Assembly (NCBI GenBank): GCA_965204725.1
Contig: OZ242005.1
Span: forward strand, 1,632,001-1,696,000
Reading direction: 5' to 3'
From: Candidatus Latescibacterota bacterium
GTDB lineage: Bacteria; Latescibacterota; UBA2968; UBA8231
Length of the DNA stretch: 64,000 bases
In this document: positions 1-9,510 of the stretch, piece by piece
Position numbering within the stretch: the stretch's first letter is position 1
Layout: every line of letters starts with the position of its first letter
The notes under the pieces: model-generated
The model's input: the letters and a program-made list of their open reading frames with translations, nothing else
Told to the model about the DNA's origin: nothing
Databases searched by the model: none
Translations under genes and position numbers: made by a program

Positions 1-1
1 C

Positions 2-766
2 TTGGAGTTTTTGGGCTATTCTAGCCGCGGGATCCCGATTTGGGTCAACCGCGACATGACCTCTTGCGAGGTTCGCATTGCCTTGGGGATGATTACGCCG
101 CGCGGCGGGATGTTTGGCGGCGGGGCCAAATTGCTCATTCCCGGGGCTTGTGGGCAGCAGACGATTATGCTCAATCACCGCCACGTCCACGAAAATTTTC
201 GCGCTCACCTGTCCGAGGTGGCGAAGATGGCTGGGGTCCGCTATATCGTCAATCCGCTGCTCAACGAGGACTTGGAAATCTCGGGCTTGGTCGCTGGGGA
301 CACGGATGCGGCCTTTGAGCGGGGCTGTGAGTTGGGGCGCGTCCAGTACGCAACCCAAGTGCCCGACGCCTTTGATATTGGGGTGTTCAATGCCTTTCCC
401 AAGGATACGGAACTGTGCCAAGCGGGGTTGGCTATGACGCCGTTGGGCGGAACTCAGAAAAACCCCTTCAACGAAAACTCGACTACGGTTATGTGCTCGG
501 CTAGCCCGGAGGGGCTGGGCTGGCACTCGGTGTTGGGGCCGGGCACGGCGTTGCGGGGAAAGCCCGGCCGACCGGCCCGCCGCACTCTTTTGTTTTCGCC
601 GAATATCAACAAGTGGGATGCGGCCTCGCTCTTTGGCGAAGGGGTTGTTTTTTGCAAGACTTGGGAGGCCGTGTTGAGCGAATTGGAAAAACACCACGGG
701 GCGGGCGCGAAAGTGTCGGTCTTTCCGGCGGGTGCGCTGCAACGGGCCGCCGATGCCAGTTATTAA
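2..766 (+). CDS. LarA (lactate racemase)-family protein, 5'-truncated by window edge
   Basis: GYSSRGIPIWVNR...GMITPRGGMFGGGAKLLIPG...NH resembles LarA GxTxxGTPVxxNR / FSGGxKxxxPG motifs. Confidence 0.7.
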   Translation: MEFLGYSSRGIPIWVNRDMTSCEVRIALGMITPRGGMFGGGAKLLIPGACGQQTIMLNHRHVHENFRAHLSEVAKMAGVRYIVNPLLNEDLEISGLVAGDTDAAFERGCELGRVQYATQVPDAFDIGVFNAFPKDTELCQAGLAMTPLGGTQKNPFNENSTTVMCSASPEGLGWHSVLGPGTALRGKPGRPARRTLLFSPNINKWDAASLFGEGVVFCKTWEAVLSELEKHHGAGAKVSVFPAGALQRAADASY

Positions 767-778
767 AGAGGAGAAAAC

Positions 779-1555
779 ATGCCACCGCTAGCGCGTTTTG
801 GTTTAGAGGGTAAAATCGTCGTTGTCACTGGGGCTGGCCGGGGGATTGGCCGGACGATTGCGCTCGAATGCGTCCAGTCGGGTGCGCATGTCGCTGTGGG
901 CAGCCGCACTACGTCCGAGTTGGAAACGCTATCGGCGGAGATTGAGGCGGCGGGTGGGCGGTGCTTTTATCACCGGCTCGACGTAACAGACGTAGGCTCT
1001 ATCGAGCGTTTCATGGCTGCGGTCGTGGCGCACTACGGGCGGCTTGACGTGCTGGTCAACAACGCTGGCTACAACAAGGTGGGCAAAATTCTCGACTGCG
1101 ACGAAAGCCTTTATGACTTGATCGTCGATGCCAACTTAAAGAACGTGTTTTTCTGTAGCCAGATTGCTGCGCGGCAGATGATCGCGCAGGGGCAGGGGGG
1201 CACTATCGTCAATATCTCGTCCCAAGCGGGCGTGGTCGGTGCGCCGGAGCGCGGGCCGTACTCGGGGGCCAAAGGGGGCGTCAACAACCTGACGCGGACC
1301 ATGGCCGCAGAATGGGCCGAATATCAGATACGGGTCAACGCGGTGGCTCCCACTGTGACCCGGTCGCCGCTGGCCGAAACCGCGATGCGGGAAAGCCAAG
1401 CCTTTGCCGATGCGGTCAAGACCAAAAACCTCCTGCGTGGAGCCTTGGCCGAGCCGGAGGAAATGTCGGCGCCGGTAATCTTTCTGGCTTCGGATGCCGC
1501 GTCGATGATCACCGGCCACACGCTCGTGGTCGATGGGGGGTGGACTATTGTCTAG
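779..1555 (+). CDS. SDR family NAD(P)-dependent oxidoreductase
   Basis: TGAGRGIG, NNAG, YSGAK (YxxxK), C-terminal VDGG; RBS gaggag upstream. Confidence 0.95.
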   Translation: MPPLARFGLEGKIVVVTGAGRGIGRTIALECVQSGAHVAVGSRTTSELETLSAEIEAAGGRCFYHRLDVTDVGSIERFMAAVVAHYGRLDVLVNNAGYNKVGKILDCDESLYDLIVDANLKNVFFCSQIAARQMIAQGQGGTIVNISSQAGVVGAPERGPYSGAKGGVNNLTRTMAAEWAEYQIRVNAVAPTVTRSPLAETAMRESQAFADAVKTKNLLRGALAEPEEMSAPVIFLASDAASMITGHTLVVDGGWTIV

Positions 1556-1616
1556 CCAGCTATTGCGTTGAATGGCAATAAGTTGCTGGCTAGACGTTAT
1601 CGCAGTTCTTCAAGGG
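1481..1616 (+). repeat. 136-bp direct repeat, copy 1 (SDR 3' end plus downstream hairpin)
   Basis: Near-identical (about 5 mismatches) to 2570-2705. Confidence 0.95.
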
Positions 1617-1750
1617 CCGCAGGGCCAATTCACTAAAACAGCGGGGCGTCACGGGCTTGGCGGAAGCCGAGGATGGGCACTTGTGCGGCCTAAGCGCGGC
1701 CTTATCTTGCCGGTTCGCACACTACTAACCCCACCGAAAAGGACAAGGCT

Positions 1751-2522
1751 ATGAACTCAACAACTCGCTTATGCTTGCTTATGTTGGCAGCGGTGCTGGC
1801 CGGCTGCGGCACGACAATGAATCCAGAAGTGCGCCTTTACAGGGCGGCCGGCATGGGAGACTTGGAAGCAGTGAAGTATCTGGTAGAGGACGGGGCTAAC
1901 GTTCATTCCGCTAACAACAAGGGCATGACACCCCTTCACGCGGCGGCCTTAGGGGGCCACTTGGAGGTAGTGAAGTATCTGGTAGAGGACGGGGCTAACG
2001 TTAATGCCACTAACAGCGATGGCGGGAGGCCCCTTTACGGGGCGGCTAGCATGGGCCACTTGGAAGTAGTGAAGTATCTGGTAGCTCACGGGGCTAACGT
2101 TCATGCCGCTCTTCACGAGGCGGCCTTAGGGGGCCACTGGGCAGTAGTGAAGTATCTGGTAGCTCACGGGGCTAACGTTTCATGTCGCTACCAGCGATGG
2201 CGTGACGCCCCTTCACAGGGCGGCCTTCAAGGGCGATTTGGAAGTAGTGAAGTATCTGGTAGAGCATGGGGCTAACGTTCATGCCGCTGCCAGCTACAGC
2301 GACTTCTACAGCGGCGTGACCGGCTTAACGCCTCTTCACGCGGCGGCCCTTGGGGGCCATTTGGCAGTAGTGAAGTATTTGGTAGCTCACGGGGCTGACG
2401 TTAATGGCGATGTTAATCGCGATGACAGCGATGGCGTAACGCCCCTTCGCGTGGCGGCTGAGAGGGGCTACTCGGAAGTAGTGGAGTATCTAAAACTCGT
2501 TGGGGCTCGTCCACTGGACTGA
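1751..2522 (+). pseudogene. Ankyrin-repeat lipoprotein (7 repeats) with a +1 frameshift at about 2178-2180
   Basis: Lipobox LAGC; repeated TPLHxAAxxGHLEVVKYLVxxGANV; ORFs 1751-2275 and 2202-2522 join if one T is removed from gctaacgtttcat (other repeats read gctaacgttcat). Confidence 0.85.
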
Positions 2523-2569
2523 CTGGCGGGATCGTCCACCTCTTCAAGCTCGGAAGTAGTGGAGTATCC

Positions 2570-2705
2570 TTTTTGGCCTCGGATGCCGCGTCGATGATCA
2601 CCGGCCACACGCTCGTGGTCGATGGGGGATGGACTATTGTCTAGCCAGCTATTGCGTTGAACGGCAATAAGTTGCTGGCTAGACGTTATCGCAATTCTTC
2701 AAGGG
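2570..2705 (+). repeat. 136-bp direct repeat, copy 2
   Basis: Copy of 1481-1616, offset 1089 bp. Confidence 0.95.
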
Positions 2706-2713
2706 GCTGTTGC

Positions 2714-2804
2714 CGCTGAATCCGGGATCGAGGGCGTCCCGCCCTCGACGAGGGCAAGATGCCCTCGATCCCGGGAAGGCGGGCCGCTGGTGTCGGGTAG
2801 TAAG
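2714..2804 (-). repeat. Miniature palindromic element family A, truncated copy
   Basis: gatcgagggcgtcccgccctcgacgagggcaagatgccctcgatc; reverse complement of the cores at 21333-21453 and 27452-27587. Confidence 0.85.
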
Positions 2805-2956
2805 CAATAGTAAATCAAAACGACTTGTCGAGAAAAACTGCACGTTTTAGCCCAAATCTTCACAAAGGCCCCAATACCGAGGCCGTCAACTCGCGTTGTC
2901 CCAATCGGTTAAGCAGCTTACTTTAGCAGACCATCGCCAGTACAAGGGGGCTTTGC

Positions 2957-5113
2957 TTGCTAAGACGCTTGCCGATTCACTACCTACACCACCTCGCTGG
3001 GCGCAACCAAGCCCTGCTCGCGCAGCCCGGGGCGCAAAAGCTAACCATGCGGGCGTTTTGGGTCGGGTCGTTTCTCAGCTTTTTTCTCGCCGTCGGTGCG
3101 CCGTACGGCAACATGATCATACGCGGTTCCTACATGGCCTTGGACTTCAGCACGCCGGGGGCCATTTTTTTGTTCTTAGTGCTCATCGGCCTGCTCAACG
3201 TGCTGTTCAAAGTCGCGGCCCATCCGCTGGGGGCCGTAGCGTGGGCTTTGGTCTCAGGTGCGCTGTACAGCTCGTACTACGGCTGGGTGGCCCCCCTCGA
3301 TCCTTTTGCCCCGGGCTTTTTCTTCGCCACCTTCATCCTCGCCTCATCCCTGCTCAATGTGCTCTGCGTCTTTTCCGGGCGGAGCTTGGTCCTCAACCGC
3401 GCCGAGCTAATTCTCGTGTACGTCATGCTGCTGATCGTCGCGGCCGTTTGCACCATGGGCCTGAGCGAACAAATTCTGCCGATGATCACGGCGGTGTTTT
3501 ACTTTGCCTCGCCGGAAAACAAGTGGCGGGAAGTGCTCTTTCCCCATTTTTCTACGCGCCCGGTCCTCGTCGTCGATGGTCAGGACAACAAGTCCTTTTA
3601 CGAAGGGTTGTCGCCCGGGGAGGCGATACCCTACGCGGCGTGGGTCGAGCCTTTGTGCTGGTGGGCCGTTTTTCTCTTGGCCCTATACGTGACCATGGTG
3701 TCGGTCGCGGTCATCGTCCGTCGGCAGTGGATGGAGCGCGAGCGTTTGCCCTATCCGATCACGCAGGTGGGAATCGCCATGGTGCGCGGCGAGGAACGCG
3801 CGCTCAAGATCAACACCTTTTTTCGCCAGCCGGCCATGTGGGCTGGTTTTATGCTGCCGATTGTCTTTGGCAGCTTAAAGGCCCTGCATCGCTACGACGC
3901 GGCCTTTCCGGTCCTCGCCCAGACGACGTGGATACCCTTCGTCGGCAAACAGACCTTGGAACTGAGCGTTAGCTTTGCCATGGTCGGCTTTTCGTACTTC
4001 ATCAACGCCAACATCGCGGCGGGGATCTGGTTTTTCCACCTGTTGGCCAAGGTTGAAAAGGAGTTCTTTACCCTCGCCGGCGTGACGTCCGAGCAAAAGA
4101 TCGTCTATGGCGTGGACGACGTTTCGCTGATGGCCTACCAAGGGGTCGGTGCCTTGCTCGCGATGGTCGGAGTGGGCTTGTGGGTGGGACGGGAACACTT
4201 GCGCAATGTGTGTAAAAAGGCCCTCGGCTTGGCTCCAGAGGTGGAGGACGGGGACGAGATCATGTCCTATCGCGGAGCCTTTTTCGGCACGGTGGGCGGA
4301 GTTGTGGTCATGTCGGGATGGCTGTGGGTCATGGGAACGCCGCTGTGGGTGGCGTTTGTTTTTGTCGGCTTGGCCCTGTTGGTCTTCCTCGGGTTGACGC
4401 GCATCGTGGCCGAAGCCGGCCTAGCGGTGGTGCGCGCCCCGATGACGGCCCCCGACTTGGTGATCTTGGGATTGGGAACCGACCTCGTGAGCCGGACGGG
4501 CGTGTGGAACGTGTCGTTGGCCTATATGTGGGGCGCGGATGTGCGGGTGTTCGTCATGGCGACTTGCACCAACGCCCTCAAGCTCATCGAGGAGATGGAG
4601 CCTCGGCTGCGGCGGCTGGTGTTTTGGGCCATTATTCTCGCGCTCTTCATCGGCGCGCTCGGCTCGTTGTGGATGATTTTTCACGCGGCCTATCAGCACG
4701 GCGGCGTGAATCTCGACGGTTGGTTTTTCAAAAGCGCGCCCGAAGCCGCGTACCAGAACGCGTTCCTCAACATGGAGCCAGCGGGCGTTCACTGGCCGGG
4801 GATGGGGTTTTTCGCCGGCGGTGGGCTGGCGATGGGAGCGATGATGTGGGCGCGGCAGCGTCTGCCGTGGTGGCCCGTGCATCCCATCGGCTTTCCCATT
4901 GGGGCCAACCTCATGCTCAAAGACGTGTGGTTTAGCGTGTTTTTGGCTTGGTTTATCAAGAAGCTGATCATGCGCTTTGGCGGGGTGGCTTTGTATCGCC
5001 GCAGTCAGATGTTCTTTTTGGGGCTGATCTGCGGGCAGGCCTCGTGCAATGGGATTTGGCTGGTCATAGACTACTTCACGGGAAAAGTGGGGAACTCCAT
5101 TTTTTGGGTATGA
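2957..5113 (+). CDS. DUF6785/DUF6784-like polytopic membrane protein (OPT-related); start uncertain
   Basis: Many TM segments; RRQWxxxERLxYP, RIVAEAG and WWPxHPIG motifs typical of the family. Confidence 0.75.
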   Translation: MLRRLPIHYLHHLAGRNQALLAQPGAQKLTMRAFWVGSFLSFFLAVGAPYGNMIIRGSYMALDFSTPGAIFLFLVLIGLLNVLFKVAAHPLGAVAWALVSGALYSSYYGWVAPLDPFAPGFFFATFILASSLLNVLCVFSGRSLVLNRAELILVYVMLLIVAAVCTMGLSEQILPMITAVFYFASPENKWREVLFPHFSTRPVLVVDGQDNKSFYEGLSPGEAIPYAAWVEPLCWWAVFLLALYVTMVSVAVIVRRQWMERERLPYPITQVGIAMVRGEERALKINTFFRQPAMWAGFMLPIVFGSLKALHRYDAAFPVLAQTTWIPFVGKQTLELSVSFAMVGFSYFINANIAAGIWFFHLLAKVEKEFFTLAGVTSEQKIVYGVDDVSLMAYQGVGALLAMVGVGLWVGREHLRNVCKKALGLAPEVEDGDEIMSYRGAFFGTVGGVVVMSGWLWVMGTPLWVAFVFVGLALLVFLGLTRIVAEAGLAVVRAPMTAPDLVILGLGTDLVSRTGVWNVSLAYMWGADVRVFVMATCTNALKLIEEMEPRLRRLVFWAIILALFIGALGSLWMIFHAAYQHGGVNLDGWFFKSAPEAAYQNAFLNMEPAGVHWPGMGFFAGGGLAMGAMMWARQRLPWWPVHPIGFPIGANLMLKDVWFSVFLAWFIKKLIMRFGGVALYRRSQMFFLGLICGQASCNGIWLVIDYFTGKVGNSIFWV

Positions 5114-8100
5114 GGTACTCGGCGTACTACATCGTCTGCGTTCTCGCGCTGACCGCTAATGGCGGCTGGGCGCGCGAGGGCGGAGTGCGCGAAACGGTGG
5201 CGTATCTATCGGCCCTCGGCTCGCGGGTGAGCGGCTATCCCGGGGCTGCGGCTGCGGCCGATTGGGTCGAGCGCCGCATGCGCGCGAGCGGGCTGGCCGA
5301 CGTCGTGCGCGAGCCCTTTGCGGTCACCGTGCCCATCGATCAAGGGGGCGAGTTGCTGCTCCCAGAGAGCGGGGAGCGCCATGCCCTCTACGGCCTGTGG
5401 CCCAACTTGGTCCGCACCCCGACCTTACCCGAATACGCCGGCGAGATGATCTACGGCGGGGACGGCGAGTGGGACGATTACGCTGGCCGCGAACTCAACG
5501 GCCGGGTGGTGCTGATGGAGTTCAATAGCTGGAGTCGCTGGTTGCAGGTTGCTTCGCTGGGGGCGCGCGCCGTCGTCTTTATCGAGCCGGAGGAGACCAC
5601 GCGCAGTCAAGCGATGGCCAAGTACTCGACCGCGCCGCTGGACATCCCGCGCTTTTGGATCGCCCGAGCGGCCGGGTTGCAGCTAAAAGAGCGGTTGCGC
5701 GACCGCCCGACGCCCGTAGTGCTCAAGGGGCGCATGGACTGGCAGCGTGAGACCGCGTGGAATATCTGGGGCCGATTCCCGGGCACCGACCCCGCGCTGG
5801 CCGACGAGACCATTGTCATTGAAAGCTACTACGACGGCATGTCGGTGGTGCCGGCCTTGGCCCCGGCGGCCGAAGCGACCAGCGGGATCGCCGCGTTGCT
5901 GGCGCTGGCCGAGCATCTGGGGCGGCATCCCCCGCGGCGGCCGGTCGTGCTGGTGGCTACCGGGGCGCATTTCCAAGCGCAGCAGGGCATTGTCCACTTT
6001 CTAGAGCGCCACGCCCGCCGCCATCCTTACTACGCCAAGCGGATGGAAGAGCCGCTCAAGCCCAAGCTCTTTATCTGCCTAGACCTGACGAGTCAGTCGG
6101 CTGGGCTGGGGCTTTGGAACAATACCGATAGCTACGATCTCAAGCGGTTCTTCGTGCCGTTTGGGCGGCGTTTTACGGCCTACGCCGAGGAGGAGGCCGC
6201 TCGGTTAGGTCTTGAGCAGGAGCGGCCGCTCGCCAATGGGATCAGCCCGATTCGCGGCATGGACTGGTCGACCTTTGTGCCGGGAGGAGTCTCGGTCAGT
6301 GGAATGCAGGCTCTGAGCGCGGGGATTGTCTCCCTGTCGTTGGTGACTGTCAACGACGCCCGCTATATCGTCGATACCCCGCTCGATACGCCCGAGCGGA
6401 TGAACCTCGACAATCTGGCCCGCCAAAGCCGCTTGCTCAACGCCCTGCTGGCGCGGGCCGTCAACGACGAGGCCCTGTTTGCCGATCTCGAAGACTTTGG
6501 CCCCGTGCTCAAGGACAAATTGCGCTCTCTGCGGGTCAAGGTCCGCTCGTTCCCGCGCCGCAGCCAAGTGCCCGATCGGCCGATCGGCGACGCCTTGGTC
6601 GTGGTGGCCCCTTGGTTCAAGTCCCACAAGGGCGTGCGCTTGGCGCAGTACCACCTCACCGACGGGCAGGGCGTCGCCGACATCGCTGGCTTGCGGACCG
6701 GAGCCTATCCGGTGGCGGCCTACCAAGTCAATCCGACGACCGGCGCGATTGCATTCGCGCCCGATCTTTCGGAACGGGCGCAAGAGTTCAGCGGCGCGGT
6801 CGTGAACGGGTGGATGATTGACAGCAAAGTTCGCTGGAATACCAACGACCGGACCATCGTGGTCTTTCCCTGCATTGCGCGGCCCTTCTACAGCATGATT
6901 GACCCGCGCTATCTGCGGTCGTTTGGCGAGATCAAGGTCGTCAATCGCAGCGGGGTGCCGCCGCGGCAGTTTGGGCTGGCGCGGGGGTTTGACACCGGCG
7001 AGGCCGTCGGCGTGGTCTTTGGGCCGCAGGACGCGGCCGCGGACGACGGCATCAAGCTGCTCATCGACAACCGCCTGCTCTTGCTCAATAGCGAGGGGTC
7101 GGAAAGCGAGGCGCGGGCGCGGGGGCGGGGCTACGTGCTGCGAGAGGACTTGCTGACCCGCACCGGGATGCTGGCCGTGGAGGACATGTGGCAGCTCAAC
7201 GAGGCGCGGCTGCACACCTTGCGCAAACACGCCATTGAAAACCAGTACTTGGCCCGGTTGCACCAGCGCGGCCAAACCCTGATCAAAAAGGCGCGACAGG
7301 CCGAAGAAGCGCGAGATTGGGAGCGCTACGTCGGGCATGTCCGGGCCGCGCTGGGGGTGACCGTTCGCGCGTACCCGGAAGTGCTAAGGACGCTCAACGA
7401 CGTCATCAGCGGGATGGTGTTTTTCCTCGCCTTGGTCATCCCGACGGCCTTTCTCGGGGAGCGGTTGCTGTTTGCGACGGCCGATATTCGCCGGCAGCTC
7501 GCCGGCTTTGGCGGGTTGTTGCTTTTGATTTGGATCGTCATTTCCCAAGTTCACCCGGCCTTTGCCATTGCCCATCCGCTGGTGATCTTGCTGGCCTTTG
7601 CGATCATGGCGATGGCGGCGTTTGTCTTGGCCATGATTAGCTCCCGCTTCAATCGCTACATGCGGGCTTATCAGGCGCGGGAAGCCCACGTCCACGAGAC
7701 CGATATTAGCCGCGCCAGTGCCAGCTACGCGGCCTTTATGCTCGGCATTTCCAATATGCGCCGGCGCAAGCTGCGCACCGGGCTGACCTTGCTGACCTTG
7801 GTCCTGCTGACCTTTACGGTGCTCTCCTTTACCTCGTTCAGTACGCAGGTCCGCTACATGGCCTTTGCCATGGACCACGAGGGGACCTACGAAGGGGTGC
7901 TAATCCGCGACCGCAACTGGGATGTGCTCAACCGCCCGACGCTCGACTACGCCCGCTCCCACTTTGCCGCGGAGGGGGTCGTCGTGCCGCGCAACTGGTA
8001 TATCGCCTTTGACGACGAGCAGAAAAAGTACATCGAGATCACGGGCGATACGTCGGTGGTGCGGGCGACCGGAATGCTGGGGCTGATGCCCGAGGAAGTG

Positions 8101-9510
8101 CGCGTCACCGGCATTGACCAAGCGTTGGTGGGAGGGAGCTTCTTTGAGCGCGAGGCCGAGGCGACTTGTCTGATGGCCGAGAGCATGGCCGAGGCGCTGG
8201 GCATCGGGCTGGGCGAGTTGGGCACGGCGACCGTGCGGGTTTTTGGCCGGGACTTGGTGGTGCGGGGCGTGTTCGATCCCGACCGCTTTGAGGCGGTCCG
8301 CGACCTCGACGACGAGCCCCTGACCCCGGCCGATTTTCAGATGTCGAGCACCCAAGCCTTGGGGCCGGTCGCGCAGGACGATATGAGCATCGCCTTAGAA
8401 GAATCCGCGCTCGACATTCGTCCCTTTATCCACTTAGAGTCCGACAACGTGCTGGTCTTGCCCTACGGGACGCTGCGGGAGGCGGGGGGCACGTTGCGCT
8501 CGGTCGCGGTGCAGCTAGCGGACGGGACGCACGGTCAGGCATTGATCGAGGATTTTCTCCTGCGGCTGGCCATTACCCTGTTTGCTGGCCTGAAGGAGCC
8601 GGGCGAAGCCGCCGTTAAGGTGTTTTCCTACACCTCGATTGGGGTGCCCGATGTCGAGGGCTTGGGGGCCTTGGTGATCCCGATGTTTATCGCGGCACTC
8701 ATCGTGCTCAATGCGATGATGGGGGCCGTGTATGAGCGCTTCCGCGAGATCGGCATTTACTCGTCCGTGGGCTTGGCCCCGCTGCACATTGCCCTGCTCT
8801 TTGTGGCCGAGGCCTGCGTCTATGCGATCATGGGCGTCACCTTGGGCTATATTCTCGGCCAGAGCTTGGGCAAGGTCCTCATCGCGCTGGACTTGTTGCA
8901 GGGCATGAGCCTCAATTACTCGTCCATGGCGGCGATTGTCTCGTCCCTGATCGTAATGGCGGTGGTCTTGCTTTCGACCATATATCCGGCCCGGGTCGCG
9001 GCCCGCACGGCCGTGCCCGATATGGTCCGTCGTTGGACGCCGCCGGCCCCGGATGGGGATCGCTGGGAAATGGAGTTCCCCTTTATGGTCAGCGAGGGGG
9101 AAGTGCGGGGGCTGTGTGGATTCTTGGCCGGGTACTTCAGCGCCTATAGCGAGGATTCCATCGGCGACTTCTACGCCGAGAAGGTCCAGTTGGTCGCCGA
9201 AGACAGCGAGCGCGGGCCAGAGTACGGAGTGCAGCTTTTGCTCTGGTTGGCCCCATTCGACATGGGGGTGAGCCAGTTCATGCAGCTTGAATTTTTGCCG
9301 ACCGAGGTCCAATCCGTCTATACGGTGGAGATTTACATTCAGCGGATCAGCGGTCAGGACACCTTCTGGCAGCGGGTCAACCACCGCTTTATCAATGGGT
9401 TGCGCAAAGAGTTCCTGCTCTGGCACACGCTGCCCGAGGCCTCTAAGGCCCACCATCGTCAGGTCGCCGAGCAGATGTTGGCCGCAACCCAAGCGGAGCC
9501 TGTGGAATGA
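5110..9510 (+). CDS. Signal peptide + PA/M28-like peptidase domain + FtsX-like permease fusion
   Basis: ATG at 5110 overlaps the upstream TGA (ATGA); M28-like YYDGxSVVPxLAP..SGIAALL; NMRRRKLRTGLT and VYERFREIGIYSSVGL FtsX/MacB motifs. Confidence 0.8.
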   Translation: MRYSAYYIVCVLALTANGGWAREGGVRETVAYLSALGSRVSGYPGAAAAADWVERRMRASGLADVVREPFAVTVPIDQGGELLLPESGERHALYGLWPNLVRTPTLPEYAGEMIYGGDGEWDDYAGRELNGRVVLMEFNSWSRWLQVASLGARAVVFIEPEETTRSQAMAKYSTAPLDIPRFWIARAAGLQLKERLRDRPTPVVLKGRMDWQRETAWNIWGRFPGTDPALADETIVIESYYDGMSVVPALAPAAEATSGIAALLALAEHLGRHPPRRPVVLVATGAHFQAQQGIVHFLERHARRHPYYAKRMEEPLKPKLFICLDLTSQSAGLGLWNNTDSYDLKRFFVPFGRRFTAYAEEEAARLGLEQERPLANGISPIRGMDWSTFVPGGVSVSGMQALSAGIVSLSLVTVNDARYIVDTPLDTPERMNLDNLARQSRLLNALLARAVNDEALFADLEDFGPVLKDKLRSLRVKVRSFPRRSQVPDRPIGDALVVVAPWFKSHKGVRLAQYHLTDGQGVADIAGLRTGAYPVAAYQVNPTTGAIAFAPDLSERAQEFSGAVVNGWMIDSKVRWNTNDRTIVVFPCIARPFYSMIDPRYLRSFGEIKVVNRSGVPPRQFGLARGFDTGEAVGVVFGPQDAAADDGIKLLIDNRLLLLNSEGSESEARARGRGYVLREDLLTRTGMLAVEDMWQLNEARLHTLRKHAIENQYLARLHQRGQTLIKKARQAEEARDWERYVGHVRAALGVTVRAYPEVLRTLNDVISGMVFFLALVIPTAFLGERLLFATADIRRQLAGFGGLLLLIWIVISQVHPAFAIAHPLVILLAFAIMAMAAFVLAMISSRFNRYMRAYQAREAHVHETDISRASASYAAFMLGISNMRRRKLRTGLTLLTLVLLTFTVLSFTSFSTQVRYMAFAMDHEGTYEGVLIRDRNWDVLNRPTLDYARSHFAAEGVVVPRNWYIAFDDEQKKYIEITGDTSVVRATGMLGLMPEEVRVTGIDQALVGGSFFEREAEATCLMAESMAEALGIGLGELGTATVRVFGRDLVVRGVFDPDRFEAVRDLDDEPLTPADFQMSSTQALGPVAQDDMSIALEESALDIRPFIHLESDNVLVLPYGTLREAGGTLRSVAVQLADGTHGQALIEDFLLRLAITLFAGLKEPGEAAVKVFSYTSIGVPDVEGLGALVIPMFIAALIVLNAMMGAVYERFREIGIYSSVGLAPLHIALLFVAEACVYAIMGVTLGYILGQSLGKVLIALDLLQGMSLNYSSMAAIVSSLIVMAVVLLSTIYPARVAARTAVPDMVRRWTPPAPDGDRWEMEFPFMVSEGEVRGLCGFLAGYFSAYSEDSIGDFYAEKVQLVAEDSERGPEYGVQLLLWLAPFDMGVSQFMQLEFLPTEVQSVYTVEIYIQRISGQDTFWQRVNHRFINGLRKEFLLWHTLPEASKAHHRQVAEQMLAATQAEPVE

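Noticed and set aside
1550-1595. Hairpin gtctagc...gctagac as an integron attC site
   Set aside because: About 46 bp, shorter than attC, with AGC/GCT instead of the invariant AAC/GTT; no IntI in the window.
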